Notes: generated by a model not told the origin, from the letters alone. Shown: positions 49,905 through 58,951, counted from the stretch's first letter. The stretch: DNA of 64,000 nt from Patescibacteria group bacterium (GCA_013815345.1 JACDGK010000002.1:99399-163398); one strand, 5' to 3'. Made by a program: numbers and translations.

Positions 49905-51644
49905 TCAACGGGACGCGGGCGGAGAAACAGATGGCGCGCTGCGTAGCAGCGCGCGCGCAAGCTTCAATTCATCATAGGAGTACGCTTCGTTGAGTTTAGT
50001 AAAGACAGGCGCTAGCCGTTCGAAACCAGTTGCGACAAATACCTTTTCGATTGCAGGAAGATGTGACCGCAGTGTTTTCGGAGCAAGTTTTTCCAATTCT
50101 TCCGGTCGTAGGCGGCCTGATAGTGTTAATTTCTCAAGATGATCACAAATCGTTCCGAAAGTCAGATTGCGAGCCGCAACGATATCTTCAATTGACTTTC
50201 CTTCTTTTAGTAACACTAACGTTTCTTCGTAGGTATTTTGCTTTGATGCCGAGACCTTTTTTCGACCGCCCTTTGGCACTTCGAGAGTTCCCCCGCAAGC
50301 TTTTATGAAATTATGCTCAAGAAGAAGCCTTTCGCCGCTCGATTCCAGTTCTCCAAACAATTCTTCAGCGGCTTCCGACGCAGCTTGGAATTCCTGATCA
50401 TGTGATTCCACAAGGGGATGCACTGCCAATGCTCGTGCGCTCCACCCCAAGAGATAGAGACCCTCAAGGGTGCGCACGCGAGACAGCGCTACATATCCTT
50501 GGCCGTACTCGAAGGCACGGGAAAGATCCATAGCCGCAGCGTCCAGGCTTTGTCCCTGACTTTTATGGACCGTGACCGCCCAGGCGAGCCGAAGTGGTAT
50601 TTGGCTGATCCGTGCGCGTATTTTTCCTTCTTCTTCCACGACCCATTCGGCAGGAGGTATTGCAAGCGTGCGCTCGTTCAGCATTTCAATAATAGGGTAG
50701 CTGGTCTCCTGCTCAAACCCAATAATTTTTCCGAGCGTTCCGTTTGCGTATCCGAGCGAAGAACTGTTTTTAGTGCACATGACCACGGCACCTTCTTTTA
50801 AGACGAGTTGTTCAGGAGAAAGACAACCGCGCTTCAATGATTCGATCAGTACTGCCCGACCGCTCGATTCCATAGTGAACACCCGAGTATTTCCCGGCAA
50901 TACTCCAAGCTGCAAGTCATTGAGCCGATCCACATCGACATTATGGGTATACAACCTTGGGATCTCCGCTGCGAGGCTCTCTGCCGTGACGTATCGCTCT
51001 TGAAGCAGCGCCGCTTCGTCTTCCGCAAAAGAACCCGCGCGGATCGAACTAAGTAATGAAAGAAATTGACCGTCATCCTGGCGATGCTGCTCAGTGAGAT
51101 AGCAGGTTACGACGTGAAGCGAGTGCCAGGCGGAGGATTCAAATGAAAAAGACGATGTAGTTTTTTCTTCTCTCCCGTACGATTGACTCTGTCCAAAATT
51201 TCGTCGAACTATCGGCGGCAATTGGAAAAAATCTCCCACCAGCACTACTTGCATACCCCCGAATGGTTGGTCGTTTCCTCGTACGTGCCGACATACGGCA
51301 TCGACCGCGTCCAACACGATACCTGAGAGCATTGATATCTCATCAATAATCAATACTTTTGTCTTTTGTATTCTTTTTGCCACCGGTTCTTTTGAGGCAA
51401 TACGATCTATTTCATAGGGAGTAAAGTGGTCGGTGATGCCTATCCCACTCCACGCATGAATAGTTACTCCATGGATATGGGTTGCCGCAACACCCGTTGA
51501 CGCTGCTATGGCGGGTTCGATATCGTGGTCCCGCAACCAATCAATATAGGCACGCACGGTGTGGGTTTTTCCGCTTCCAGGCGCGCCCGTAAGGAACACA
51601 TTGGCTCCAGTTTGGAGAATGGCAAGCGCGCTTTTCTGAGTCAT
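49905..51644 (-). CDS. Pif1-family helicase with a C-terminal HTH
   Basis: GAPGSGKT, IIDEISM, GDFFQLPP, AVTVHKSQG, YVALSR. Confidence 0.92.
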   Translation of the reverse strand: MTQKSALAILQTGANVFLTGAPGSGKTHTVRAYIDWLRDHDIEPAIAASTGVAATHIHGVTIHAWSGIGITDHFTPYEIDRIASKEPVAKRIQKTKVLIIDEISMLSGIVLDAVDAVCRHVRGNDQPFGGMQVVLVGDFFQLPPIVRRNFGQSQSYGREEKTTSSFSFESSAWHSLHVVTCYLTEQHRQDDGQFLSLLSSIRAGSFAEDEAALLQERYVTAESLAAEIPRLYTHNVDVDRLNDLQLGVLPGNTRVFTMESSGRAVLIESLKRGCLSPEQLVLKEGAVVMCTKNSSSLGYANGTLGKIIGFEQETSYPIIEMLNERTLAIPPAEWVVEEEGKIRARISQIPLRLAWAVTVHKSQGQSLDAAAMDLSRAFEYGQGYVALSRVRTLEGLYLLGWSARALAVHPLVESHDQEFQAASEAAEELFGELESSGERLLLEHNFIKACGGTLEVPKGGRKKVSASKQNTYEETLVLLKEGKSIEDIVAARNLTFGTICDHLEKLTLSGRLRPEELEKLAPKTLRSHLPAIEKVFVATGFERLAPVFTKLNEAYSYDELKLARALLRSAPSVSPPASR

Positions 51645-51739
51645 TCCTCTATTCTACCAGTGCGATCTATAGTAATCCTAAAAACGGTATAAAGATCGTT
51701 TCAAATAGATCTTTATCCACCGTTGAACCTTTCTAAACC

Positions 51740-51768
51740 TTGACATATGCTTACGAATGTACTATTAT
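51740..51768 (+). promoter_or_regulatory. Sigma70 promoter
   Basis: TTGACA-17bp-TATTAT upstream of an AAGGAG SD. Confidence 0.7.
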
Positions 51769-51813
51769 GAAACTTAGAGAGCGATTAACCGCTAGGTACG
51801 AAAGGAGAAATCA

Positions 51814-52158
51814 ATGCGCACCCTTTTTTCGCTTGTACTTTTCGTGTCCGTTTCTTTTTCGGCCACGGCTAATGCTCACGACCCTTCTCGCGAGCTCGCC
51901 GAGCATAGTATCGGACTGCTAAAAAACCGACCGGCAGAATTTCTGCAACCGCCTCCCTCCGTCGCACCGCTTCAGCTTAGTGGCGACCGACAAAACGCTC
52001 AACTGATTCGGAGGCCGATCGAGCCGGAAACCCAAACATGGAGACTCAACCATGGGGTTGTCTATCAACTTTCCCCTAACGAATCACTCCGATTTGGTGC
52101 GGCAAGAGAAAGCCTAACGCCAGGTGCAGTGGGATTCACCTTCACCATCCGACACTGA
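51814..52158 (+). CDS. Secreted hypothetical protein
   Basis: Signal peptide ending ANA; own promoter, SD and terminator. Confidence 0.72.
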   Translation: MRTLFSLVLFVSVSFSATANAHDPSRELAEHSIGLLKNRPAEFLQPPPSVAPLQLSGDRQNAQLIRRPIEPETQTWRLNHGVVYQLSPNESLRFGAARESLTPGAVGFTFTIRH

Positions 52159-52179
52159 TGATTGAATTGTCACCAAAAC

Positions 52180-52217
52180 AAAAAGCCCCGTCTGCACGAT
52201 TGCGGACGGGGTTTTTT
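52180..52217. terminator. Bidirectional terminator
   Basis: A-tract, CCCCGTCTGCA/TGCGGACGGGG stem, T-tract. Confidence 0.82.
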
Positions 52218-52228
52218 ACTATTAAAAA

Positions 52229-53218
52229 TTATAGACCGCGCCAAAAATCGACTTTTAGGTTTTTAGGAGCAACGGTAGGAATGGGTACCGTAGTAGAAGC
52301 TGTCGTGGAAGCACTGATTGTCGTCGAGGCGGTCACCGTAGTGGAAGCCGTTGTAGAGGCGGTCGTGCTTGCAGCAGGCAAAAGACCGAGGAGTGAAACG
52401 TGCTGGGCAAAGAGCGTCGCTTCTTCGTTGTGACGGGCAGAGTTCTGCGCTGCGACAAATGCAATACCCGCTGAGCGAGAAGAGGTTGTGGTACCGGTGT
52501 TTGTATTCGAGATCGATACTTCATTGGCTTGGCGGGTAATGGAAACCGCCGTTTTATCTTGACTCACGTTTTGGAAAAGGAGGGCGACCTGGGCGCTACT
52601 AGGATTACCATCCTGTTCGAGACGCTGCGTGAGAAGTGCGAGGATCTGAGAATGAGCTGAAAGTCGCGCCTCAAGATCTGAACGCACCGCAAGAGCGGGG
52701 TTTGATTTGCCCGAGTCTGCCAATTCGTCTGAATCTTTTTGTGAGCGAGCGATGTGAATTGCTACCTGCTGCTGTATGTATACTTGGGTTGAGCTTGAAA
52801 GCTGATTCTGCACCGCAAGCCGTGATGCTTCCGTGAGGCGACGTTCGGCGAGAACATTTTCCCAATTTGCCTTTCCCGATACGCTTGGTATAAGTGCGCC
52901 CTGGATAGGCTCAGCCACATTGACTTTAAGAGAGTACAGCGGCTGTCCGGGAAGCGCGTTCCCTGCTGCATACGTAACGCCTATACCGCTTCCTGCAAGA
53001 AGAATGAGAATAAGAACCGTCGCCATGAATGTACGAGAATAGAAAAGTATTGAAAAGGACGAAACGCTTTTTTTAGAAAACGTAGGAGAAAAGGTATGTA
53101 GATCTGCGTACGCGGCAAGAACAGCCCGCATATTCTGCGTTTCTGATTCGGTAAGACGTACTGACTCTTTCAGTACAGGCATTTTATTAAAATAAGATTC
53201 GGTGTTATTCATGAGCAT
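52229..53218 (-). CDS. Putative anti-sigma factor (DUF5667-like) with a Thr/Ser-rich tail
   Basis: Overlaps the ECF sigma stop; single TM helix; ALPGQPLYSLK...AERRLTEA motif. Confidence 0.75.
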   Translation of the reverse strand: MLMNNTESYFNKMPVLKESVRLTESETQNMRAVLAAYADLHTFSPTFSKKSVSSFSILFYSRTFMATVLILILLAGSGIGVTYAAGNALPGQPLYSLKVNVAEPIQGALIPSVSGKANWENVLAERRLTEASRLAVQNQLSSSTQVYIQQQVAIHIARSQKDSDELADSGKSNPALAVRSDLEARLSAHSQILALLTQRLEQDGNPSSAQVALLFQNVSQDKTAVSITRQANEVSISNTNTGTTTSSRSAGIAFVAAQNSARHNEEATLFAQHVSLLGLLPAASTTASTTASTTVTASTTISASTTASTTVPIPTVAPKNLKVDFWRGL

Positions 53219-53711
53219 GTATGAGTTCTTGGACTTTCTTCGTGGCACGATGGATGCGAACTGAGACCGTATTTGCCGACTCGTTTAGAAGCAAGGCTAT
53301 CTCTTTCGGAGAAAACCCTTCGACAAAACGCAAAAGAAGCACTTCGCGGGAATCCTCATCAAGTTTTTCCATAATGGCGAGGATTTCACGTGCCTCTGCC
53401 GAAGCGGTCACCGACTTCTGGCCATCTCCTACAAAGTCGATTCCGGCCTCTGAAAGCACATCGAGCGAGGACTCTTTCTTCTTGCGGTACCAGTCGATGA
53501 CGAGGTTTCGGGCAAGCGTATAGAGGAAGGCTCGTTCGTTTTGGAGCTTGTCTCCCTTGCGCAAGGTCTGCCAGTACCGCATGAATGCTTCCTGGGTTAT
53601 ATCCTGCGCCACTTCTCGGCTACTGACCTTCATGACACAAAAACGGAATATAGCGTCAGCATGAGCATCATAAGCGCTCAGAAACTGGATTTTAATCTCG
53701 TTATGGTCCAT
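53205..53711 (-). CDS. ECF sigma factor
   Basis: AQDITQEAF, LYTLARNLVIDWYRK, region-4 HTH. Confidence 0.93.
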   Translation of the reverse strand: MDHNEIKIQFLSAYDAHADAIFRFCVMKVSSREVAQDITQEAFMRYWQTLRKGDKLQNERAFLYTLARNLVIDWYRKKKESSLDVLSEAGIDFVGDGQKSVTASAEAREILAIMEKLDEDSREVLLLRFVEGFSPKEIALLLNESANTVSVRIHRATKKVQELIHAHE

Positions 53712-53718
53712 AGAATAT

Positions 53719-53743
53719 GACGGGGGAGTGAAGCCTTTCTTAC
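53719..53743 (-). promoter_or_regulatory. Putative autoregulatory ECF promoter
   Basis: GTAAG-16bp-CGTC ending 7 nt before the sigma ATG. Confidence 0.6.
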
Positions 53744-53838
53744 TTCATAAAACAAAAAGGTTGGTAAGTAAAGCTGCCTCGTCTTCTATCCTAGCAGACG
53801 CCTAACAGATGACAGAGGAAAAGTAGAGAAAAAGAATG

Positions 53839-53875
53839 AGGAAAACGCGGCAGCCAAAGGCTGCCGCGTTTTCCT
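53839..53875. terminator. 17-bp perfect hairpin
   Basis: AGGAAAACGCGGCAGCC-AAA-GGCTGCCGCGTTTTCCT. Confidence 0.85.
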
Positions 53876-53893
53876 TTGGAAGGATGTTTCTTG

Positions 53894-53989
53894 TTAGGCG
53901 TGTGCACCAAGAACAAAGACGCCAAGGATAGCGGCAATGATAAGTGCCGGTACCGCAATCATGAGATCATATTTGACGCTTGTAAGCAT
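53894..53989 (-). CDS. 31-aa single-TM small protein
   Basis: MLTSVKYDLMIAVPALIIAAILGVFVLGAHA, followed by the perfect hairpin. Confidence 0.55.
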   Translation of the reverse strand: MLTSVKYDLMIAVPALIIAAILGVFVLGAHA

Positions 53990-54163
53990 AGAGATGATGT
54001 TAGAGGTTGCTAATATAGGTGGTTACTGGCAATCGGCACTGAACGTCTGTCGCACCATGCTATCTACGACGTTCAAGTAGCTCCACTATTACGCACCCCA
54101 GATGAAGTATGTGTGAGCATTTCCCTCCCTCCTTTTTCTATCTGTTCTGTTTTTCTTTTTATA

Positions 54164-54856
54164 CTATAAGAATTTGAAGCTTTGCACGATGCCTTCAAGC
54201 GCCGCATGTATTTTCGCCTGATCGAACGCAGTAATGCCTTGATCTCGAGAGTAGTTGCCTATATTCGAAGAATGAATCGTGTATTCAACGCCATAACATT
54301 GACCGTTACGAACCGTGCGATAGCTCGTATTCTCATATACGTTCCCTGCTCCTGCATCACTCGAGATAAACTTTGTATACTCGACACCATGTATCGTTAC
54401 GGTTGTTTTTGGGAGAACGGGTCCTGAACTTTGAGGAGCCATCAAACACTGAGCAATCGCGTCGCGATCGGCGCTGCTGCCTACCCCAAACGTTGCGTCA
54501 ACAAAATTTGTTTTTGGTTCGAAGGAGCTTGGTACCGTGATCCTCACCAACACCGATCCTAGCGTGGCCGCGCTCTGCAACCAACCTTGGGCATAGTGGG
54601 CAAAGCCGTCGTCCTTTCCTACAAACGTGAATGTCTCGGGATACGAAAGTGAGAACGTCTGGCCGCGATCTGTGTACGACTTCATCGCAACGCTGCTGGT
54701 CGCCAGGGAAGTTGAAGGGGAAGTTGTTGCGATTGTTTCGGTTGTTGCGCTTGTCGCGGGTGCCTTTGCCTTGGGGGCAAGTGCGAAGTAAAGCCCCCCT
54801 GCGACGATAAGCAGAACGATCACAATAATGAGAGAAGCTGTTGGGGAAGTCTTCAT
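54164..54856 (-). CDS. Membrane-anchored exported protein (paralog of 49194-49883)
   Basis: TM helix, Thr-rich linker, FSLSYP, GAGNVY..TSYR...CYGVE, IVQSFKF. Confidence 0.78.
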   Translation of the reverse strand: MKTSPTASLIIVIVLLIVAGGLYFALAPKAKAPATSATTETIATTSPSTSLATSSVAMKSYTDRGQTFSLSYPETFTFVGKDDGFAHYAQGWLQSAATLGSVLVRITVPSSFEPKTNFVDATFGVGSSADRDAIAQCLMAPQSSGPVLPKTTVTIHGVEYTKFISSDAGAGNVYENTSYRTVRNGQCYGVEYTIHSSNIGNYSRDQGITAFDQAKIHAALEGIVQSFKFL

Positions 54857-54924
54857 AGGCAAAAAGGAAATTAATAAAGGCGCTGTCTGATTCCCATACT
54901 ACTACTTTCCTGTCATATTTCGAG

Positions 54925-56274
54925 CTACCGTACAGTTCCCAGATATGGCATGGATAAGGTTTTGTATTTCTTTTCAATATCTACCAGAATACTCTGCCGA
55001 GAATGTTTCCCTTTTCGCCCCTTCTTGCGTTCGTTTTCTTCAATTGTGGTGAGCGAAGAAATGGCCGAGAGACTGGAGGCTAGAAATAGCGTCTGCTTTC
55101 CATATCTCTCATTCACCGCGTCGATCGTCCCCGCCATCTTCCCTTTTCTATCTCGCAAAATCGACTCACCGAAAAGATCGGGTACTGCTGCTTGGTCAGC
55201 GAGTAGCGATCGGAGCGTGATGCCGCTCGCACGATATAAGATCCCGGGCACGTACACTTCATCGAAATGTTGCTCAATAAATGCGAGCACTTCGGGGGCG
55301 GTCGAAATTGGCACGGATAATTCGAGTGAGACGCTATGATATGTAAACTCTTGAGTTTTTAGATAGAAGCTAATCCCCCGTGCTTTCTTTTTATGACGCC
55401 GTGCTTTTTCACACACATGTTCTACGTTTTTTGAAAGATAGGAGAAGATCAGCGACCGATTATTAGTTGGCGGCGCAAAGGTACGGGTAGTCATCAGAGA
55501 GCCGACGGGGCCGCTATGTTCGGTGCTCAAATGCTTTACTGAGTGCCCACAAAGCTCAAGCCATATGTCGCGATATGCCTTCCCCAACCGATGCTCAGTG
55601 AGCCATGCATCTTCTTTCTGCACAAATTCAAGGGCCGTTGTCGCACCAAGCTTCTTCAGCAATACACCCGACGCGCCGCCAAATCCCCAGACATTAGAAA
55701 TGGGTATCGAACTAATAAAGGAGGTGATCTGACTCGGCCGTACGACCGTTAAACCCGCTGGCTTGTTTGCTTTAGAGGCAGCCTTTGCAAGTGTCTTGGT
55801 GGGGGCCAAACCCACGCCAAACGTAATACCAAGTGATGTTTCAAGCTGTTCCTTTATACGAAGTGCTATTTCTTCATACGAGAGATGGAGCTGTTGTGGG
55901 AGGTCAGTAATATCTGCAAAACATTCATCGATACTGTATTCCTCGACGTCGGCCGTATACTGCCGGACGATCGAGTACATGCGATGCGCAAAGATTGCGT
56001 AGGCAGTGTAATCGGAAGGCACGATTATCACACTTGGGCACCGCATACGTATTTCGCGGATCGTCATGCCTCGATGTAGGCCGAACGCTTTCGCTTCGTA
56101 TGAAAGGGAAGTCGCTTCTCTGCGTTCCCCGCCCGTTACTACCGGTTTACCACGCAAGCGATAATCCATGATCTGCTCAACGGAAGAAAAGAATGCGTCA
56201 CCATCAAAATGCAGTATCGCTCGCAATCCTTCGAAACTTCTTTCAAAACTAATAGTGTCTTTTGACATACTCAT
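54925..56274 (-). CDS. Y-family DNA polymerase (DinB/UmuC-like)
   Basis: HFDGDAFF, SYEAK, YSIDE, TKTLAK. Confidence 0.92.
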   Translation of the reverse strand: MSMSKDTISFERSFEGLRAILHFDGDAFFSSVEQIMDYRLRGKPVVTGGERREATSLSYEAKAFGLHRGMTIREIRMRCPSVIIVPSDYTAYAIFAHRMYSIVRQYTADVEEYSIDECFADITDLPQQLHLSYEEIALRIKEQLETSLGITFGVGLAPTKTLAKAASKANKPAGLTVVRPSQITSFISSIPISNVWGFGGASGVLLKKLGATTALEFVQKEDAWLTEHRLGKAYRDIWLELCGHSVKHLSTEHSGPVGSLMTTRTFAPPTNNRSLIFSYLSKNVEHVCEKARRHKKKARGISFYLKTQEFTYHSVSLELSVPISTAPEVLAFIEQHFDEVYVPGILYRASGITLRSLLADQAAVPDLFGESILRDRKGKMAGTIDAVNERYGKQTLFLASSLSAISSLTTIEENERKKGRKGKHSRQSILVDIEKKYKTLSMPYLGTVR

Positions 56275-56292
56275 GAAGATGACTACCTCGGA

Positions 56293-56862
56293 CTAATATT
56301 TTCGGAATGTTGCCGCAACCACGCCGATAATCTCACCTTCTACCGGTCGTATATCCGGATAGCGATCATTTGCCGCTTCAAGATAAAATTGCATGCCGTG
56401 TTTCCGAAGAAACTTTAACGTATAGCCATCTTCCGTAAGTGCGACGACGATGTCGCCGGGCTTTGCATCTTTCGTGCGTTCGAAGATAACCATGTCGCCT
56501 TCCTGGATACCGGCATCGACCATTGAATCACCCGCAACTCTTAAGAGGTAACTACGATTTGGGTGGGGGATCAGATACTCGCCGACGCTGATCAGATCGG
56601 CAATCTCGTCTTCCGCAGGTGCGGCAAACCCGGCACGAATATGGCCAAGCAGCGGCAACTCATAAAGCTTCCGTGTCGGAAGCAACTTCCCTGTTTTATC
56701 TTTTTCAATAACCCCCTCCTTGACTAATTTATTAACCATGTAGAAAGCTGAACTACGTGAAGAGAAGTCGCATATCGTCATTACTTCAGTAATAGAGGGC
56801 ATGCGCTTGTTTTTGCGATAGAAATTCAGGACTTTTTCGCGATAGTTCCTTTTTTGGGCCAT
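56293..56862 (-). CDS. lexA: LexA-like repressor (wHTH plus S24 peptidase)
   Basis: PSITE HTH, AG cleavage site (IRAGF), GDSM Ser, TLK Lys. Confidence 0.85.
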   Translation of the reverse strand: MAQKRNYREKVLNFYRKNKRMPSITEVMTICDFSSRSSAFYMVNKLVKEGVIEKDKTGKLLPTRKLYELPLLGHIRAGFAAPAEDEIADLISVGEYLIPHPNRSYLLRVAGDSMVDAGIQEGDMVIFERTKDAKPGDIVVALTEDGYTLKFLRKHGMQFYLEAANDRYPDIRPVEGEIIGVVAATFRKY

Positions 56863-56872
56863 TTTTCCAGTA

Positions 56873-56892
56873 TATCGAACAATTGTTCGATA
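56873..56892. promoter_or_regulatory. SOS-box-like operator overlapping the lexA -10
   Basis: Perfect palindrome TATCGAACAATTGTTCGATA (GAAC-N4-GTTC); TATACT at 56869-56874 on the minus strand. Confidence 0.8.
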
Positions 56893-56924
56893 GTCATCTT
56901 TTATCTGTGTATAACGAGGTAGTT

Positions 56925-58448
56925 CTAAAAACCTGGAAAGTATTCAGCTTTTATGGAAGAGCCCGAAATTCCCATTTTACGAAGAAGATGGGTGTAGTCG
57001 CGAACGAGCACATCAGGGCCGGCGAGGTACCATTGTCGTACTTCAAAATCAGCAATCTCCTTTTGGAGAAAAACATTCGTCAAATATCCTGAGGAACCGG
57101 ACCAATCACTTAATTCTGTAAAGCCGGTAGGAAGATATACTGTTCTCAACCCTATCCCCTCTTTTAGTGATTCGATCTCATCATAAAAGAAAAAATCCAG
57201 TGGAGTTGCAGCGGTATATATAAGCGTCATGTCGCGACGCTCTCCTTGCAACGCTAAATGCCGAAATATACTTATAAAAGGAGCAATACCGATACCCGCA
57301 GCGAGGTATGCAATCTTTTGATCATGATTGGGAGGAAGCGTGAGTTCCCCACTGGCACTCGTGACTGAAATAGTTGCCTCCTTACCAAGATTTCGTAAAG
57401 CATCTTTAAAGGTACTGCTCTCTATAGGCAGAGTAGTAGTAAGACGAACAAAAGGATCAGTGGGAGCAGAAGAAATACTGAAGGAACGACGAATACCTCG
57501 CGTGTCTCTCTTTGGGTGCGCTAGCGTTATATCTACATGCTGTCCTGCACGAAATCGAAAAGAAGTATCGGAAATAAAGAAGAATTCATAGGCTCCGCGT
57601 CCGAAAGATTGTAATGAGGAAAACCGAAGGGCATACCGCCTCCGACGGGTTACAAGAAACGAGTACACATTTCCAATAAGAAGCGCGAGTTCCGGCGACG
57701 AGGATATTGTTCCAAACGTAGTAGCAAAAGTAAAAGAGAGCGGAAAAAGCAATCCAGCCAGTCCCCCGTATGCCAAACGATTGCCTCGAGTCGAAGGCAT
57801 AGTCTGTGGTTCAGTGAGCATGAGCGAGCCGACAAAAATGATTGGTGTAGTGAAAAAAAATTCTATGAGTGCGGTTCCCGGTGCCGCGTTCATAAAAAAA
57901 CTTTTCAACAAAACGACACCCATTGCCGCAAGTAAAAATAAGATACACACGCTAGCGAGTCGCATTTTTCGCACTACGAGAAATCCGAGAAGTATCACAA
58001 GCGGAAGAAGAAGCGGTGTCGCTACCCACCACACCACCACACCGCTTGCAAAAATGCTTAGAGCAAACACAGCAAAAGCGGCGGGGTTAAAAATAAGCAC
58101 TTTGAAAGGTGCCAGTACATACTTCGAGATCATGGCGATGGCTACGGCGAGCATAAGAATCAAAGCATCCCCTGCGCTCTGAAGTGGTGCCAAAATAAAG
58201 AAAAGAATCAACGCGGTGATATACGCCGATTCAGGGGTCGGGGTCGCTTTCGCGAAAAGAGCACACGCACCGTTTGAAGCGCGTGCCGCAAAAAGTAAAA
58301 TAAACACCGAGAGAGAAAGATCAAGTGCGGTGTACGGAAGCCAACCTAAGAAGGCAAAAATGATAGTGCTCGCGACCAGCCAGCCAAGACCATACAGGAC
58401 TAGCCGATACACGGTAATGCGGTTGAGAAATGAATCGATAAAATCCAT
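56925..58448 (-). CDS. RnfD/NqrB-like membrane domain fused to an FNR-type FAD/NAD(P)-binding domain
   Basis: IFNPAA and MLTEPQTMP in the TM half; RRSFSISS, AAGIGIAPF, YLAGP, EYFPG. Confidence 0.85.
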   Translation of the reverse strand: MDFIDSFLNRITVYRLVLYGLGWLVASTIIFAFLGWLPYTALDLSLSVFILLFAARASNGACALFAKATPTPESAYITALILFFILAPLQSAGDALILMLAVAIAMISKYVLAPFKVLIFNPAAFAVFALSIFASGVVVWWVATPLLLPLVILLGFLVVRKMRLASVCILFLLAAMGVVLLKSFFMNAAPGTALIEFFFTTPIIFVGSLMLTEPQTMPSTRGNRLAYGGLAGLLFPLSFTFATTFGTISSSPELALLIGNVYSFLVTRRRRYALRFSSLQSFGRGAYEFFFISDTSFRFRAGQHVDITLAHPKRDTRGIRRSFSISSAPTDPFVRLTTTLPIESSTFKDALRNLGKEATISVTSASGELTLPPNHDQKIAYLAAGIGIAPFISIFRHLALQGERRDMTLIYTAATPLDFFFYDEIESLKEGIGLRTVYLPTGFTELSDWSGSSGYLTNVFLQKEIADFEVRQWYLAGPDVLVRDYTHLLRKMGISGSSIKAEYFPGF

Positions 58449-58453
58449 CGGCT

Positions 58454-58951
58454 CTATTTAGTGACAAACGTAATAGTCGTAGTGAGAACAAACGTAGGAC
58501 AAGCGGCGCCAGGAGTGCAGATGGGAGAGCCTGTGGCACGAAGTGTTGTCGTACCGATTTTATTAGCTTCATAAATTCCCTGTATGCCGTTTGCAGTCGT
58601 TGTGTTAGGCACGCGAGTTATACCGTCTACGGGGTCAAATGAAAATTTCCAATTCACATCTGTCCCGAGCTGTATGACAAATCGCTCGTTTTTGAATAGA
58701 GATACAATGGAATGGTCATTCTTTTGCGTTATGACCGTCATGCCGTGCTCCCATGATAGATCAGGAGTAGTTGGCGGTGATTGCGTGGAGGTGGCGGTAG
58801 TGACGGTCGACGTCGATGTACCTACCGGAGAAGTGTCTCCACTTCGAGGATGAGCGAGTCCATACCGGAGGGCAATATATGCAGCAACGCCGATCAACAC
58901 AAGAGAAATAATCTTAATAAAGAGGCGGAGCGTGCCGTGATGACGGTGCAT
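58454..58951 (-). CDS. Membrane-anchored protein with a chagasin/Ig-like beta domain
   Basis: TM helix, Thr-rich linker, GIYEANKIGTTTL...PIC...AC. Confidence 0.6.
   Translation of the reverse strand: MHRHHGTLRLFIKIISLVLIGVAAYIALRYGLAHPRSGDTSPVGTSTSTVTTATSTQSPPTTPDLSWEHGMTVITQKNDHSIVSLFKNERFVIQLGTDVNWKFSFDPVDGITRVPNTTTANGIQGIYEANKIGTTTLRATGSPICTPGAACPTFVLTTTITFVTK

Noticed and set aside
52285-52370. 12-bp periodic repeats
   Set aside because: Protein-level ASTT low complexity with synonymous variation.
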